Shown: positions 36,601-46,489 of the stretch, piece after piece | How positions within the stretch are numbered: the first letter of the stretch is position 1 | How the letters are laid out: each line of letters begins with the position of its first letter | Source of the DNA: Squalus acanthias | Taxonomy: Eukaryota | Reading direction: 5' to 3' | Assembly (NCBI GenBank): GCA_030390025.1 | Contig: JASTWF010000418.1 | Coordinates: 310,001-374,000 of the forward strand | DNA: 64,000 nt | Translations under genes and position numbers: made by a program | Notes under the pieces: generated by a model | What the model saw: only the letters and a program-made list of their open reading frames with translations | Databases searched by the model: none | Told to the model about the DNA's origin: nothing

Positions 36601-37492
36601 ACCATACTTGGAGCACTGCGCACAGTTCTGTTCGCCATATACCTGGGTTAGACCATACTTGGAGCACTGTGCACAGTTCTGGTCTCCATATAACTTGGTT
36701 AGACCACACTTGGAGCGCTGTGCACAGTTCTGTTCTCCATATACCTTGGTTAGACCACACTTGGAGCACTCTGCACAGTTCTGGTCTCCATATACCTTGG
36801 TTAGACCACACTTGGAGCACTGTGCACAGTTCTGATCTCCACATCCCTTGGTTAGACCACAGTTGGAGCACTGTGCACAGTTATGGTCTCCATATAACTT
36901 GGTTAGACCACACTTGGTGCACTGTGCAGAGTCCTGGTCTCCATATACCGTCGTTAGACCACACTTGGAGCACTGTGGTGCAACAAAGGTTTACAATGAT
37001 GATGCCAGAACTGAGAGGATATACTTATCAGGCAAAGTTGAACAGGCTGGGGCTCTTTTCTCTAGAAAAGAGAAGGCTGAGCGAAGACCTGATAGAGGTC
37101 TTTCAAATTATGTAACGGTTCGATAGAGCAGACTCGATGGGCCGATAGGCCTCCTTCTGTGCTGTACTATTCTACGATTCTAATAAATTGAAGAAGGAAT
37201 TCAGGAGAAACTTCTTTACCCAGGGAGTGCTGAGAATGTGGAACTCGTCACCACAGGGAGTGGTTGAGGCGAATATCACAGAGGTCTTTAAGGGGAGGCT
37301 AGATAAAGACACGAGGGGGAAAGGAATAGCAGCTTATGCTGGTAGGGTGAGATGAAGAGGGGAGGGAGAAGGCAGCATGGAGCAGTTGGGCTGAATGGCC
37401 TTTTCCTGCTCGATAAACTCAATGTAGTTCTCGATGTAAACCTTACCAGCCAGGAGGAAGATGTGGACAGAGAGTGAAATCACCGACTTCAT
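9558..37492 (-). CDS. Spliced gene (11 coding exons): non-rearranging antigen-receptor-like IgSF membrane protein, L-V-C1x7-TM-cytoplasmic tail, ~963-968 aa
   Basis: Exons 37492-37447, 28926-28546, 27047-26730, 23963-23643, 22870-22553, 21553-21233, 17736-17419, 15912-15592, 14053-13715 (or -13730), 10226-10089, 9643-9558. All are joined by phase-1 GT-AG introns, internal exon lengths are multiples of 3, and there are no internal stops. Confidence 0.88.
9725..9965. repeat. 28-bp minisatellite (CTGATCCACCTGTCTGTGTACCTGGGGT) in the TM-cytoplasmic intron
   Basis: About 8 tandem units. Confidence 0.9.
10089..10226 (-). CDS. Exon 10: transmembrane exon
   Basis: Acceptor ttccccacag, donor G|gtaggt. 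[45 protein letters not shown] is a hydrophobic span followed by a basic stop-transfer segment. 138 nt. Confidence 0.88.
10520..12780 (+). mobile_element. Degenerate CR1 LINE split by a Harbinger-like element, with an internal 98-bp x4 tandem amplification (12171-12560)
   Basis: RT motifs (gactttcaaaag..tttgataaagtaccac, [33 protein letters not shown]). Confidence 0.85.
11138..12011 (+). mobile_element. Non-autonomous PIF/Harbinger-like element
   Basis: TIRs gggggagaaattcag / ctgaatatatccccc, imperfect 3-bp TSD (CTC/CTT), and internal homology to 24662-25552. Confidence 0.8.
12790..13219 (+). mobile_element. Solo-LTR-like element (5' boundary uncertain)
   Basis: Two CCAAT boxes (12990, 13021), TATAAA (13075) and AATAAA (13152) in LTR order, ending ...CAACA. 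Confidence 0.5.
13225..13350 (+). mobile_element. 3' end of family-2 LINE (or SINE sharing its tail)
   Basis: Reverse complement of 31200-31310 (gggatgggcaataaatgc.ggccttgccagcga). Confidence 0.75.
13715..14053 (-). CDS. Exon 9: C1-set Ig domain C7 (membrane-proximal)
   Basis: Acceptor gatttcag. [43 protein letters not shown]. Two in-frame phase-1 donors: G|gtgaag after 13730 and G|gtgagg after 13715. Confidence 0.9.
14220..15490. repeat. 35-bp minisatellite (CTCCCATCGAAGCCCATCCCTCTAGTCCCCTAACT)
   Basis: Tandem units fill the C6-C7 intron. Confidence 0.95.
15592..15912 (-). CDS. Exon 8: C1-set Ig domain C6
   Basis: Acceptor ttttcccccctcag, donor G|gtgagt. [48 protein letters not shown]. 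321 nt, with an extra Cys (ALPCLAN). Confidence 0.93.
16090..16610 (-). mobile_element. CR1 LINE 3' fragment
   Basis: [28 protein letters not shown]. Continuous with the 51-bp satellite. Confidence 0.8.
16610..17362 (-). repeat. 51-bp CR1-derived minisatellite ([17 protein letters not shown] units)
   Basis: 17-aa periodicity matching the CR1 ORF2 motif [15 protein letters not shown]. Confidence 0.95.
17419..17736 (-). CDS. Exon 7: C1-set Ig domain C5
   Basis: Acceptor cctttgcag, donor G|gtcagt. [42 protein letters not shown]. 318 nt. Confidence 0.93.
17790..18200 (-). mobile_element. L2-like LINE 3' fragment
   Basis: [39 protein letters not shown] resembles the C-terminus of L2 ORF2. Confidence 0.65.
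18361..21210. repeat. 67-bp satellite (GTGTTTGATGGGACAGTGTAGAGGGAGCTTTACTCTGTATCTAACCCGTGCTGTACCTGCCCTGGGA), split by CR1 at 18904-20422
   Basis: Tandem units at 18361-18903 and 20423-21210. Also present at 23385-23620. Confidence 0.95.
18904..20422 (-). mobile_element. Young 5'-truncated CR1 LINE with uninterrupted RT ORF (473 aa)
   Basis: ORF 18998-20419 carries [23 protein letters not shown] and FADDTKL. (TTCTATGT)n-type tail at 18904. Confidence 0.95.
21233..21553 (-). CDS. Exon 6: C1-set Ig domain C4 (recent duplicate of C2)
   Basis: Same splice sites as exon 4 and 321 nt long. Three amino-acid differences from exon 4 (K/N, T/S, N/T). Confidence 0.92.
21600..22200. repeat. 60-bp minisatellite (also 24010-24390 and 26090-26375)
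   Basis: GAGATCAGCCCCTCACTCAGAGCCCCCCAGTTAATCGCCCCCCAGACTGGGGG units in both duplicated introns. Confidence 0.95.
22553..22870 (-). CDS. Exon 5: C1-set Ig domain C3 (recent duplicate of C1)
   Basis: Same splice sites as exon 3 and 318 nt long. Two amino-acid differences from exon 3 (R/Q, A/D). Confidence 0.92.
22880..23380. repeat. 41-bp minisatellite abutting the exon 5 acceptor (also 27057-27195 at exon 3)
   Basis: GAATCGAGGGGTCAGTCACTGGCCCGAGTGTCTCTGGCCCA units. Confidence 0.93.
23643..23963 (-). CDS. Exon 4: C1-set Ig domain C2 (type B)
   Basis: Acceptor tctccag, donor G|gtaaga. [47 protein letters not shown]. 321 nt. Confidence 0.93.
24398..26084 (+). mobile_element. Solo-LTR-like element containing a nested Harbinger-like insertion
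   Basis: Termini TGTAG...CTACA, TATAAA at 25798 and AATAAA at 25989. It interrupts the 60-bp array and is absent from the paralogous intron. No clean TSD. Confidence 0.65.
24662..25552 (+). mobile_element. Non-autonomous PIF/Harbinger-like element
   Basis: TIRs ggggtagaaatt / aatttttacccc, 3-bp TSD AAA, no transposase. Confidence 0.8.
26730..27047 (-). CDS. Exon 3: C1-set Ig domain C1 (type A)
   Basis: Acceptor ttccag, donor G|gtgagt. [40 protein letters not shown]. 318 nt. Confidence 0.93.
27590..28370. repeat. Degenerate ~22-23-bp minisatellite (AAACTGTGGGACTCCTCACCCC)
   Basis: Diverged tandem units in the V-C1 intron. Confidence 0.85.
28546..28926 (-). CDS. Exon 2: germline-joined V-set Ig domain with J-like G strand
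   Basis: Acceptor tctctctattttcag and donor G|gtaggg. Motifs: [37 protein letters not shown]3-like [15 protein letters not shown]-like [10 protein letters not shown]. 381 nt. Confidence 0.93.
31186..32277 (-). mobile_element. Family-2 non-LTR retrotransposon, 5'-truncated RT fragment with 3' end
   Basis: [38 protein letters not shown]. Confidence 0.9.
32373..35077 (-). mobile_element. Young CR1 LINE, 2.7 kb, partial APE endonuclease plus RT with one premature stop (33461)
   Basis: VYRPPNS, IMGDFN, ILDWVL, SDHNMI endonuclease motifs plus RT motifs. TGG>TGA at IEN*. Near-identical to 18904-20422. Confidence 0.95.
36976..37430 (+). mobile_element. Degenerate CR1 3' fragments
   Basis: [36 protein letters not shown], and gaattcaggagaaacttctttacccag. 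Confidence 0.75.
37447..37492 (-). CDS. Exon 1: signal peptide/leader ([16 protein letters not shown])
   Basis: ccaacATG start and a hydrophobic 15-codon+1-nt exon ending at donor G|gtaagg. This is the usual Ig/TCR split leader, completed by GLTSC in the next exon. Confidence 0.85.
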
Positions 37493-37559
37493 GTTGGGAG
37501 GAGAGCTGACACGACACATCCTTCTCAACGGCTGGAGTCCGATCTTCTGGTCCTCGCAC

Positions 37560-37700
37560 ACACCCCCTTTCAGAGCGAGTCAGCCTCTGTCCTTCCTCTC
37601 CATTCATTGGTCACCAGTCCCGGACACAGTTTCCTGTGTGTGATTGACAGGCTGAGGGACTTCCCTCATTAGACAGAGGTGGTGAGGCTGGAGACTGAGG
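37560..37700 (-). promoter_or_regulatory. Putative proximal promoter: NF-kB site GGGACTTCCC (37656-37665), ETS core CAGGAAAC (~37629-37636), CCAAT (37610-37606)
   Basis: Motif matches 110-170 nt upstream of the ATG. No TATA box or Ig octamer seen. Confidence 0.45.
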
Positions 37701-37749
37701 CTGGGCACAACGGAGGGCACTGGGCAACGAGAGCGGACCCTGCCCTCCC

Positions 37750-40700
37750 CTCAGACCCTCTGACCCTCAGTCCCTCTGACCCTCAGACCCTCTGACCCTC
37801 AGTCCCTCTGACCCTCACTCCCTCTGACCCTCAGTCCATCTGACCCTTAGTCCCTCTGACCCTCAGTCCCTCTGACCCTCAGTACCATTGACCCTCAGTC
37901 CCTCTGACCCTCAGTCCCTCTGACCCCCAGTCCGACTGACCCTCACTCCCTCTGACCCTCAGTCCCTCTGACCCTCAGTCCCTCTGACCCTCAGTCCCAC
38001 TGACCCTCAGACCCTCTGACCATCAGTCCCTCTGACCCTCAGTCCCTCTGACCCTCAGTCCCACTGACCCTCAGACCCTCTGACCCTCAGTCCCTCTGAC
38101 CCTCAGTCCCTCTGACCCTCAGTCCCTCTGACCCCCATTCCCACTGACCATCAGTCCCTCTGACCCTCAGTCCCTCTGACCCTCAGTCCCACTGACCCTC
38201 ACTCGCTCTGACCCTCAGTCCCTCTGACCCTCAGTCCCTCTGACCCTCAGACCCTCTGACCCTCAGTCCCACTGACCCTCAGTCCCTCTGACCCCCAGTC
38301 CCACTGACCCTCAGTCCCTCTGACCCTCAGTCCCACTGACCCTCAGTCCCTCTGACCCTCAGTCCCTCTGACACTCACTCCCTCTGACCCTCAGACCCTC
38401 TGACACTCAGTCCCACTGACCCTCAGTCCCTCTGACACTCACTCCCTCTGACCCTCAGAACCTCTGACACTCAGTACCACTGACCCTCAGTCCCTCTGAC
38501 CCTCAGTCCCACTGACCCTCACTCGCACTGACACTCAGTCCCTCTGACCCTCAGTCCATCTGACCCTCAGACCCTCTGACCCTCAGTCCCACTGACCCTC
38601 AGTCCCTCTGACCCCCAGTCCCACTGACCCTCAGTCCCTCTGACCCTCAGTCCCACTGACCCTCAGTCCCTCTGACCCTCAGTCCCACTGACACTCACTC
38701 CCTCTGACCCTCAGACCCTCTGACCCTCAGTCCCTCTGACACTCACTCCCTCTGACCCTCAGAACCTCTGACACTCAGTCCCACTGACACTCAGTCCATC
38801 TGACCCTCAGTCCCACTGACCCTCAGTCCCTCTGACCCTCAGTCCCTCTGACCCTCAGTCCCACTGACCCACAGTCCCTCTGACCTTCAGTCCCTCTGAA
38901 CCTCACTCCCTCTGACCCTCAGTCCCTCCGACCCTCAGTCCCTCTGACCCTCAGTCCCACTGACCCTCAGACCCTCAGACCCTCAGTCCCACTGACCCTC
39001 AGTCCCTCTGACCCTCAGTCCCTCTGACACTCAGTCCCACTGACCCTCAGTCCCTCTGACCCTCAGTCCCTCTGACACTCAGTCGCTCTGACCCTCAGTC
39101 CCTCTGAACCTCACTCCCTCTGACCCTCAGTCCCTCTAACCCTCAGTCCCACTGACCCTCAGTCCCACTGACCCTCAGTCCCTCTGACCCTCAGTCCCTC
39201 TGACGCTCAGTCGCTCTGACCCTCAGTCCCTCTGACCCTCAGTCCCACTGAACCTCAGTCCTTCTGACCCTCAGTCCCTCTGACCCTCAGTCCCTCTGAT
39301 CCTCAGTCCCTCTGACCATCAGTCCCTCTGACCCTCAGTCCCTCTGACCCTCAGTCCCACTGACACTCAGTCCCTCTGATCCTCAGTCCCTCTGACCCTC
39401 AGTCCCTCTGACACTCAGTCCCTCTGACCCTCAATCCCACTGACACTCAGTCCCTCTGACCCTCTGTCCCTCTGACCCTCAGTCCCTCTGACCCTCAGTC
39501 CCTCTGATCCTCAGTCCCTCTGACCCTCAGTCCCTCTGATCCTCAGTCCCTCTGACCCTCAGTCCCTCTGACCCTCAGTCCCTCTGATCCACATTCCCTC
39601 TGACCCTCAGTCCCTCTGACCCTCAGTCCCACTGAACCTCAGTCCTTCTGACCCTCAGTCCCTCTGACCCTCAGTCCCTCTGACCCTCAGTCCCTCTGAC
39701 CCTCAGTCCCTCTGACCCTCAGTCCCACTGACCCTCAGTCCCTCTGACCCTCAGTCCCTCTGACCCACAGTCCCTCTGACATTCAGTCCCTCTGAACCTC
39801 ACTCCCTCTGACCCTCAGTCCCTCCGACCCTCAGTCCCTCTGACCCTCAGTCCCACTGACCCTCAGACCCTCAGACCCTCAGTCCCACTGACCCTCAGTC
39901 CCTCTGACCCTCAGTCCCTCTGACACTCAGTCCCACTGACCCTCAGTCCCTCTGACCCTCAGTCCCTCTGACACTCAGTCGCTCTGACCCTCAGTCCCTC
40001 TGAACCTCACTCCCTCTGACCCTCAGTCCCTCTAACCCTCAGTCCCACTGACCCTCAGTCCCACTGACCCTCAGTCCCTCTGACCCTCAGTCCCTCTGAC
40101 ACTCAGTCGCTCTGACCCTCAGTCCCTCTGACCCTCAGTCCCACTGAACCTCAGTCCTTCTGACCCTCAGTCCCTCTGACACTCAGTCCCTCTGATCCTC
40201 AGTCCCTCTGACCCTCAGTCCCTCTGACCCTCAGTCCCACTGACACTCAGTCCCTCTGATCCTCAGTCCCTCTGACCCTCAGTCCCTCTGACACTCAGTC
40301 CCTCTGACCCTCAGTCCCACTGACACTCAGTCCCTCTGATCCTCAGTCCCTCTGACCCTCAGTCCCTCTGACCCTCAGTCCCACTGAACCTCAGTCCTTC
40401 TGACCCTCAGTCCCTCTGACCCTCAGTCACTCTGACCCTCAGTCCCTCTGAAGCTCAGTCCCTCTGACCCTCAGTCCCACTGATCCTCAGTCCCACTGAC
40501 CCTCACTTCCTCTGACCCTAAGTCTCAATGACCTACAGTCCCACTGACCATCAGTCCCTCTGACCCTCAGTCCCTCTGACCCTCAGCCCCTCTGACCCTC
40601 AGTCCCACTGACCCTCAGTCCCTCTGATCATCACTCCCTCTGACCCTCAGTCCCTCTGACCCTCCGTCTCTCTGACCCTCAATCCCTCTGTCCCTCAGTC

Positions 40701-43700
40701 CCTCTGACCCTCAGTCCCTCTGACCCTCAGTCCCACTGACCCTCAGACCCTCTGACCATCAGTCCCTCTGACCCTCAGTCCCTCTGACACTCAGTCCCTC
40801 TGATCATCACTCCCTCTGACCCTCAGTCCCTCTGACCCTCCGTCTCTCTGACCCTCAATCCCTCTGTCACTCAGTCCCTCTGACCCTCAGTCCCTCTGAC
40901 CCTCTGTCCCTATGACCCTCAGTCCAATTGACCCTCAGTCCTTCTGAGCCTCATTCCCTCTGACCCTCAGTCCCTCTGACCATCAGTCCAACTGACCCTC
41001 AGTCCCTCTGACCCTCAGTCCCTCTGACCCTCAGTCCCTCTGACCATCAGTCCAACTGACCCTCAGTCCCTCTGACACTCGGTCCCACTGACCCTCAGTC
41101 CCTCTGACCCTCAGTCCCTTCTGACACTCATTCCCTCTGACCCTCAGTCCCTCTGACCCTCAGTCCCTCTGACCCTCACTCCCTCTGACCCTCAGTCCCA
41201 CTGACCCTCAGTCCCTCTGACCCTCATTCCTTCTGACCCTCAGTCCCTCTGACCCTCAGTCCCTCTGACCCTCAGTCCCTCTAACCCTCAGTCCCTCTGA
41301 CCCTCAGTCCCTCTGACCCTCAGTCCCACTGACCCTCAGTCCCTCTGACACTCAGTCCCTCTGACCCTCACTCCCTCTGACCCTCAGTCCCACTGACCCT
41401 CAGTCCCTCTGACCCTCAGTCCCTCTGACCCTCAGTCCCTCTGACCCTCAGTCCCTCTAACCCTCAGTCCCTCTGACACTCATTCCCTCTGACCCTCAGT
41501 CCCTCTGACCCTCAGTCCCTCTGACCCTCACTCCCTCTGACCCTCAGTCCCACTGACCCTCAGTCCCTCTGACCCTCACTCCCTCTGACCCTCAGTCCCT
41601 CTGACCCTCAGTCCCTCTGACCCTCAGTCCCTCTAACCCTCAGTCCCTCTGACCCTCAGTCCCTCTGACCCTCAGTCCCACTGACCCTCAGTCCCTCTGA
41701 CCCTCAGTCCCTCTGACCCTCACTCCCTCTGACCCTCAGTCCCACTGACCCTCAGTCCCTCTGACCCTCACTCCCTCTGACCCTCAGTCCCTCTGACCCT
41801 CAGTCCCTCTAACCCTCAGTCCCTCTGACCCTCAGTCCCTCTGACCCTCAGTCCCTCTGACCCTCAGTCCCACTGACCCTCAGTCCCTCTGACCCTCAGT
41901 CCCTCTGACCCTCAGTCCCTCTGACCCTCAATCCCACTGACCCTCAGTCCCTCTGACCCTCAGTCCCTCTGACCCTCAGTCCCACTGACCCTCAGTCCCT
42001 CTGACCCTCAGTCCCTCTGACCCTCAGTCCCTCTGACCCTCAGTCCTACTGACCCTCAGTCCCTCTGACCCTCAGTCCCACTGACCCTCAGTCCCTCTGA
42101 TCCTCAGTCCCTCTGACACTCAGTCCCTCTGACCCTCAGTCCCACTGACCCTCAGTCCCTCTGACCCTCAGTCCCTCTGACCCTCAGTCCCACTGACCCT
42201 CAGTCCCTCTGACCCTCAGTCCTACTGACCCTCAGTCCCTCTGACCCTCAGTCCCACTGACCCTCAGTCCCTCTGACCCTCAGTCTCTCTGACCCTCAGT
42301 CCCTCTGAACCTCAGTCCCTCTGACCCTCAGTCCCTCTGACCCTCAGTCCCTCTGACCCTCAGTCCCTCTGACACTCATTCCCTCTGACCCTCAGTCCCA
42401 CTGACCCTCCCTCCCTCTGACCCTCAGTCCTACTGACCCTCAGTCCCTCTGACCCTCCCTCCCTCTGACCCTCAGTCCCTCTGACCCTCAGTCCCACTGA
42501 CCCTCAGTCCCTCTGACCCTCAGACCATCTGACCCTCACTCCCTCTGACCCTCAGTCCCACTGACCCTCCCTCCCTCTGACCCTCAGACCCTCTGACTTT
42601 CACTCTCTCTGACCCTCAGTCCCACTGACCCTCAGTCTCACTGAACCTCAGTCCCTCTGACCCTCAGTCCCTCTGACCCTCCGTCCCTCTGACACTCACT
42701 CCCTCTGACCCTCAGTCCCTCTGACCCTCAGTCACACTGACCCTCAGTCCCTCTGACCCTCATTCCCTCTAACCCTCAGTCCCACTGACCCTCAATCCCT
42801 CTGACCCTCACTCCCTCTGACCCTCAGTCCCTCTAACCCTCAGTCCCACTGACCCTCAGTCCCTCTGAACCTCAGACCCTCAGTCCCTCTGACCCCCAGT
42901 CCCGCTGACCCTAACTCCCTCTGAACCACACTCCCTCTGACCCTCAGTCCCTCAGTCCCAGTGACCCTCAGTCCCACTGACCCTCAGTCCCTCTGACCCT
43001 CATTCCCTCTGACCCTCAGCCCCTCTGACCCTCAGTCCCTCTGACCCTCAGTCCCTCTGACCCACAGTCCCTCTGACCCTCAGTCCCTCTGACCGTCAGT
43101 CCCTCTGACCCTCAGTCCCTCTGACCCTCAGTCCCTCTGATCCTCAGTCCCTCTGATCCTCAGTCCCTCTGACCCTCAGTCCCTCTGATCCTCAGTCCCT
43201 CTGACCCTCAGTCCCTCTGACCCTCAGACCCTCTGAACCTCAGTCCCTCTGACCCTCAGTCTCTCTGACCCTCAGTCCCTCTGACCCTCAGTCCCACTGA
43301 CCCTCAGTCCCTCTGACCCTCAGTCCCACTGACCCTCAGTCCCACTGACCCTTAGTCCCTCTGACCCTCAGTCCCTCTGACCCTCAGTCCCTCTGACCCT
43401 CAGTCCCACTGACCCTCAGTCCCTCTGACCCTCAGTCCTATTGACCCTCAGTCCCTCTGACCCTCAGTCCCACTGACCCTCAGTCCCTCTGACCCTCAGT
43501 CTCTCTGACCCTCAGTCCCTCTGAACCTCAGTCCCTCTGACCCTCAGTCCCTCTGACCCTCAGTCCCTCTGACCCTCAGTCCCTCTGACACTCATTCCCT
43601 CTGACCCTCAGTCCCACTGACCCTCCCTCCCTCTGACCCTCAGTCCTACTGACCCTCAGTCCCTCTGACCCTCCCTCCCTCTGACCCTCAGTCCCTCTGA

Positions 43701-45921
43701 CCCTCAGTCCCACTGACCCTCAGTCCCTCTGACCCTCAGACCATCTGACCCTCACTCCCTCTGACCCTCAGTCCCACTGACCCTCCCTCCCTCTGACCCT
43801 CAGACCCTCTGACTTTCACTCTCTCTGACCCTCAGTCCCACTGACCCTCAGTCTCACTGAACCTCAGTCCCTCTGACCCTCAGTCCCTCTGACCCTCCGT
43901 CCCTCTGACACTCACTCCCTCTGACCCTCAGTCCCTCTGACCCTCAGTCACACTGACCCTCAGTCCCTCTGACCCTCATTCCCTCTAACCCTCAGTCCCA
44001 CTGACCCTCAATCCCTCTGACCCTCACTCCCTCTGACCCTCAGTCCCTCTAACCCTCAGTCCCACTGACCCTCAGTCCCTCTGAACCTCAGACCCTCAGT
44101 CCCTCTGACCCCCAGTCCCGCTGACCCTAACTCCCTCTGAACCACACTCCCTCTGACCCTCAGTCCCTCAGTCCCAGTGACCCTCAGTCCCACTGACCCT
44201 CAGTCCCTCTGACCCTCATTCCCTCTGACCCTCAGCCCCTCTGACCCTCAGTCCCTCTGACCCTCAGTCCCTCTGACCCACAGTCCCTCTGACCCTCAGT
44301 CCCTCTGACCGTCAGTCCCTCTGACCCTCAGTCCCTCTGACCCTCAGTCCCTCTGATCCTCAGTCCCTCTGATCCTCAGTCCCTCTGACCCTCAGTCCCT
44401 CTGATCCTCAGTCCCTCTGACCCTCAGTCCCTCTGACCCTCAGTCCCTCTGAACCTCAGTCCCTCTGACCCTCAGTCTCTCTGACCCTCAGTCCCTCTGA
44501 CCCTCAGTCCCACTGACCCTCAGTCCCTCTGACCCTCAGTCCCACTGACCCTCAGTCCCACTGACCCTTAGTCCCTCTGACCCTCAGTCCCTCTGACCCT
44601 CAGACCCTCTGACCCTCAGTCCCACTGACCCTCAGTCCCTCTGACCCTCAGTCCCACTGACCCTCAGTCCCTCTGACCCTCAGTCTCTCTGACCCTCAGT
44701 CCCTCTGACCCTCAGTCCCTCTGACACTCAGACCCTCTGACCCTCAGTCCCTCTGACCCTCAGTCCCTCTGACCCTCAGTCCCTCTGACTCTCAGTCCCT
44801 CTGATCCTCAGTCCCTCTGACCCTCAGTCTCTCTGACCCTCAGTCCTTCTGACCCTCAGTCCCTCTGACCCTCAGTCTCACTGACCCTAAGTCCCTCTGA
44901 TCCTCAGTCCCTCTGACCCTCAGACCCTCAGTCCCACTGACCCTCAGTCCCAGTGACCCTCAGTCCCTCTGACCCTTAGTCCCTCTGACCCTCAGTCCGC
45001 TCTGACCCTCAGTCCCACTGACCCTCAGTCCCTCTGAACCTCACTCCCTCAGTCCCTCTGATCTTCAGTCCCTCTGACCCTCAGTCCCTCTGACCCTCAG
45101 TCCCTCTGACCCACAGTCCCTCTGACCCTCAGTCCCTCTGACCCTCAGTCCCTCTGACCCTCAGTCCCTCTGATCCTCAGTCCCTCTGACCCTCAGTCCC
45201 TCTGATCCTCAGTCCCTCTGACCCTCAGTCCCTCTGACCCTCAGTCCCTCTGACACTCAGTCGTTCTGACCCTCAGTCCCTCTGACACTCAGTCGTTCTG
45301 ATCCTCAGTCCCTCTGACCCTCAGTCCCTCTGACCCTCAGTCCCTCTGACCCTCAGTCCCACTGACCCTCAGTCCCACTGACCCTCAGTCCATCTGACCC
45401 TCAGACCCTCTGACCCTCAGTCCCTCTGACCCTCAGTCCCTCTGACACTCAGACCCTCTGACCCTCAGTCCCTCTGACCCTCAGTCCCTCTGACCCTCAG
45501 TCCCTCTGACTCTCAGTCCCTCTGATCCTCAGTCCCTCTGACCCTCAGTCCCTCTGACCCTCAGTCCTTCTGACCCTCAGTCCCTCTGACCCTCAGTCTC
45601 ACTGACCCTAAGTCCCTCTGATCCTCAGTCCCTCTGACCCTCAGACCCTCAGTCCCACTGACCCTCAGTCCCAGTGACCCTCAGTCCCTCTGACCCTTAG
45701 TCCCTCTGACCCTCAGTCGCTCTGACCCTCAGTCCCACTGACCCTCAGTCCCTCTGAACCTCACTCCCTCAGTCCCTCTGATCTTCAGTCCCTCTGACCC
45801 TCAGTCCCTCTGACCCTCAGTCCCACTGACCCTCAGTCACTCTGACCCTCAGTCCCTCTGACCCTCAGACCCTCTGACCCTCAGCCCCTCTGACCCTCAG
45901 TCCCTCTGACCCTCAGTCCAC
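37750..45921. repeat. 8.2-kb 16-bp satellite (CTGACCCTCAGTCCCT)n, ~510 units
   Basis: Visible directly, with internal higher-order duplications. Confidence 0.97.
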
Positions 45922-46489
45922 TCTGAATGACCATCCAGCCCTCCGTCAGTTTGGCGCGCTGTTCAAACACTCGGACCGGAGGGGGGAGACTGTGAGGGGG
46001 GACCTCCTCCTAGAACATTGGCCGTTCGTCCCCAGCATCGCACAGAGACTCAGTGACCCGCCCATGGACTGTAGTCGGTCAGTGTCTGAGGCAGGAGAGC
46101 CAGGTTAGAGGTCGGAGGGAGGGACCCCCCATCACTCCTGGCTCTCAGAGCCCTGGCTCGCTCCATGGCCGAGGGAGGGGCTCCATTCAGTCCCCAGGAT
46201 CTCCTGTGAAGCCAGTGCCCACAGTCAGTCACTGACCAGCTCCCTGAGAGCGGCCGCAGGGGTAATCGAGACGATGGAGGGGCTCCTCCGATCACTGTCA
46301 GTCCGTCTCCCTCTCGCTCTGTTTACATCAGCTGTCCCATGAGAGGGAAGATTCCGGCAATCACCAGAAGTTTCACTGTTGATCAAAGAGGGAAGTGATT
46401 CACAAATAACGGAGACCAAAATAAATCGAAAGGGCACGAGATTTTTTATTGGAAGAGTGAGATAATGCTGTCCAAACCGAGTCCTGTAT

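Larger units (their letters stand above)
29045..36975 (+). repeat. 51-bp CR1-derived satellite array (29045-31185, 32278-32372, 35078-36975), interrupted by two LINE insertions
   Basis: [17 protein letters not shown] periodicity. Runs into ordinary CR1 sequence at 36976-37430. Confidence 0.95.

Noticed and set aside
29045-36975. Many CACAGTG heptamers in the leader-V intron (and at 16610-17362) as possible RSS arrays
   Set aside because: They are part of the CR1-derived 51-bp unit. The sequence at 12-bp spacing (TCTAACCAA) or 23-bp spacing (TATATGGAG) does not match the ACAAAAACC nonamer, and no D/J coding segments flank them.
28954-37115. 571-aa and 624-aa His/Cys-rich repeat ORFs resembling zinc-finger arrays
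   Set aside because: Translation of the 51-bp satellite, with no C2H2 spacing or linkers.
37750-45921. Ig class-switch region or telomeric array
   Set aside because: It lies upstream of the promoter rather than between V and C, lacks AGCT/WGCW motifs, and its unit is not TTAGGG.
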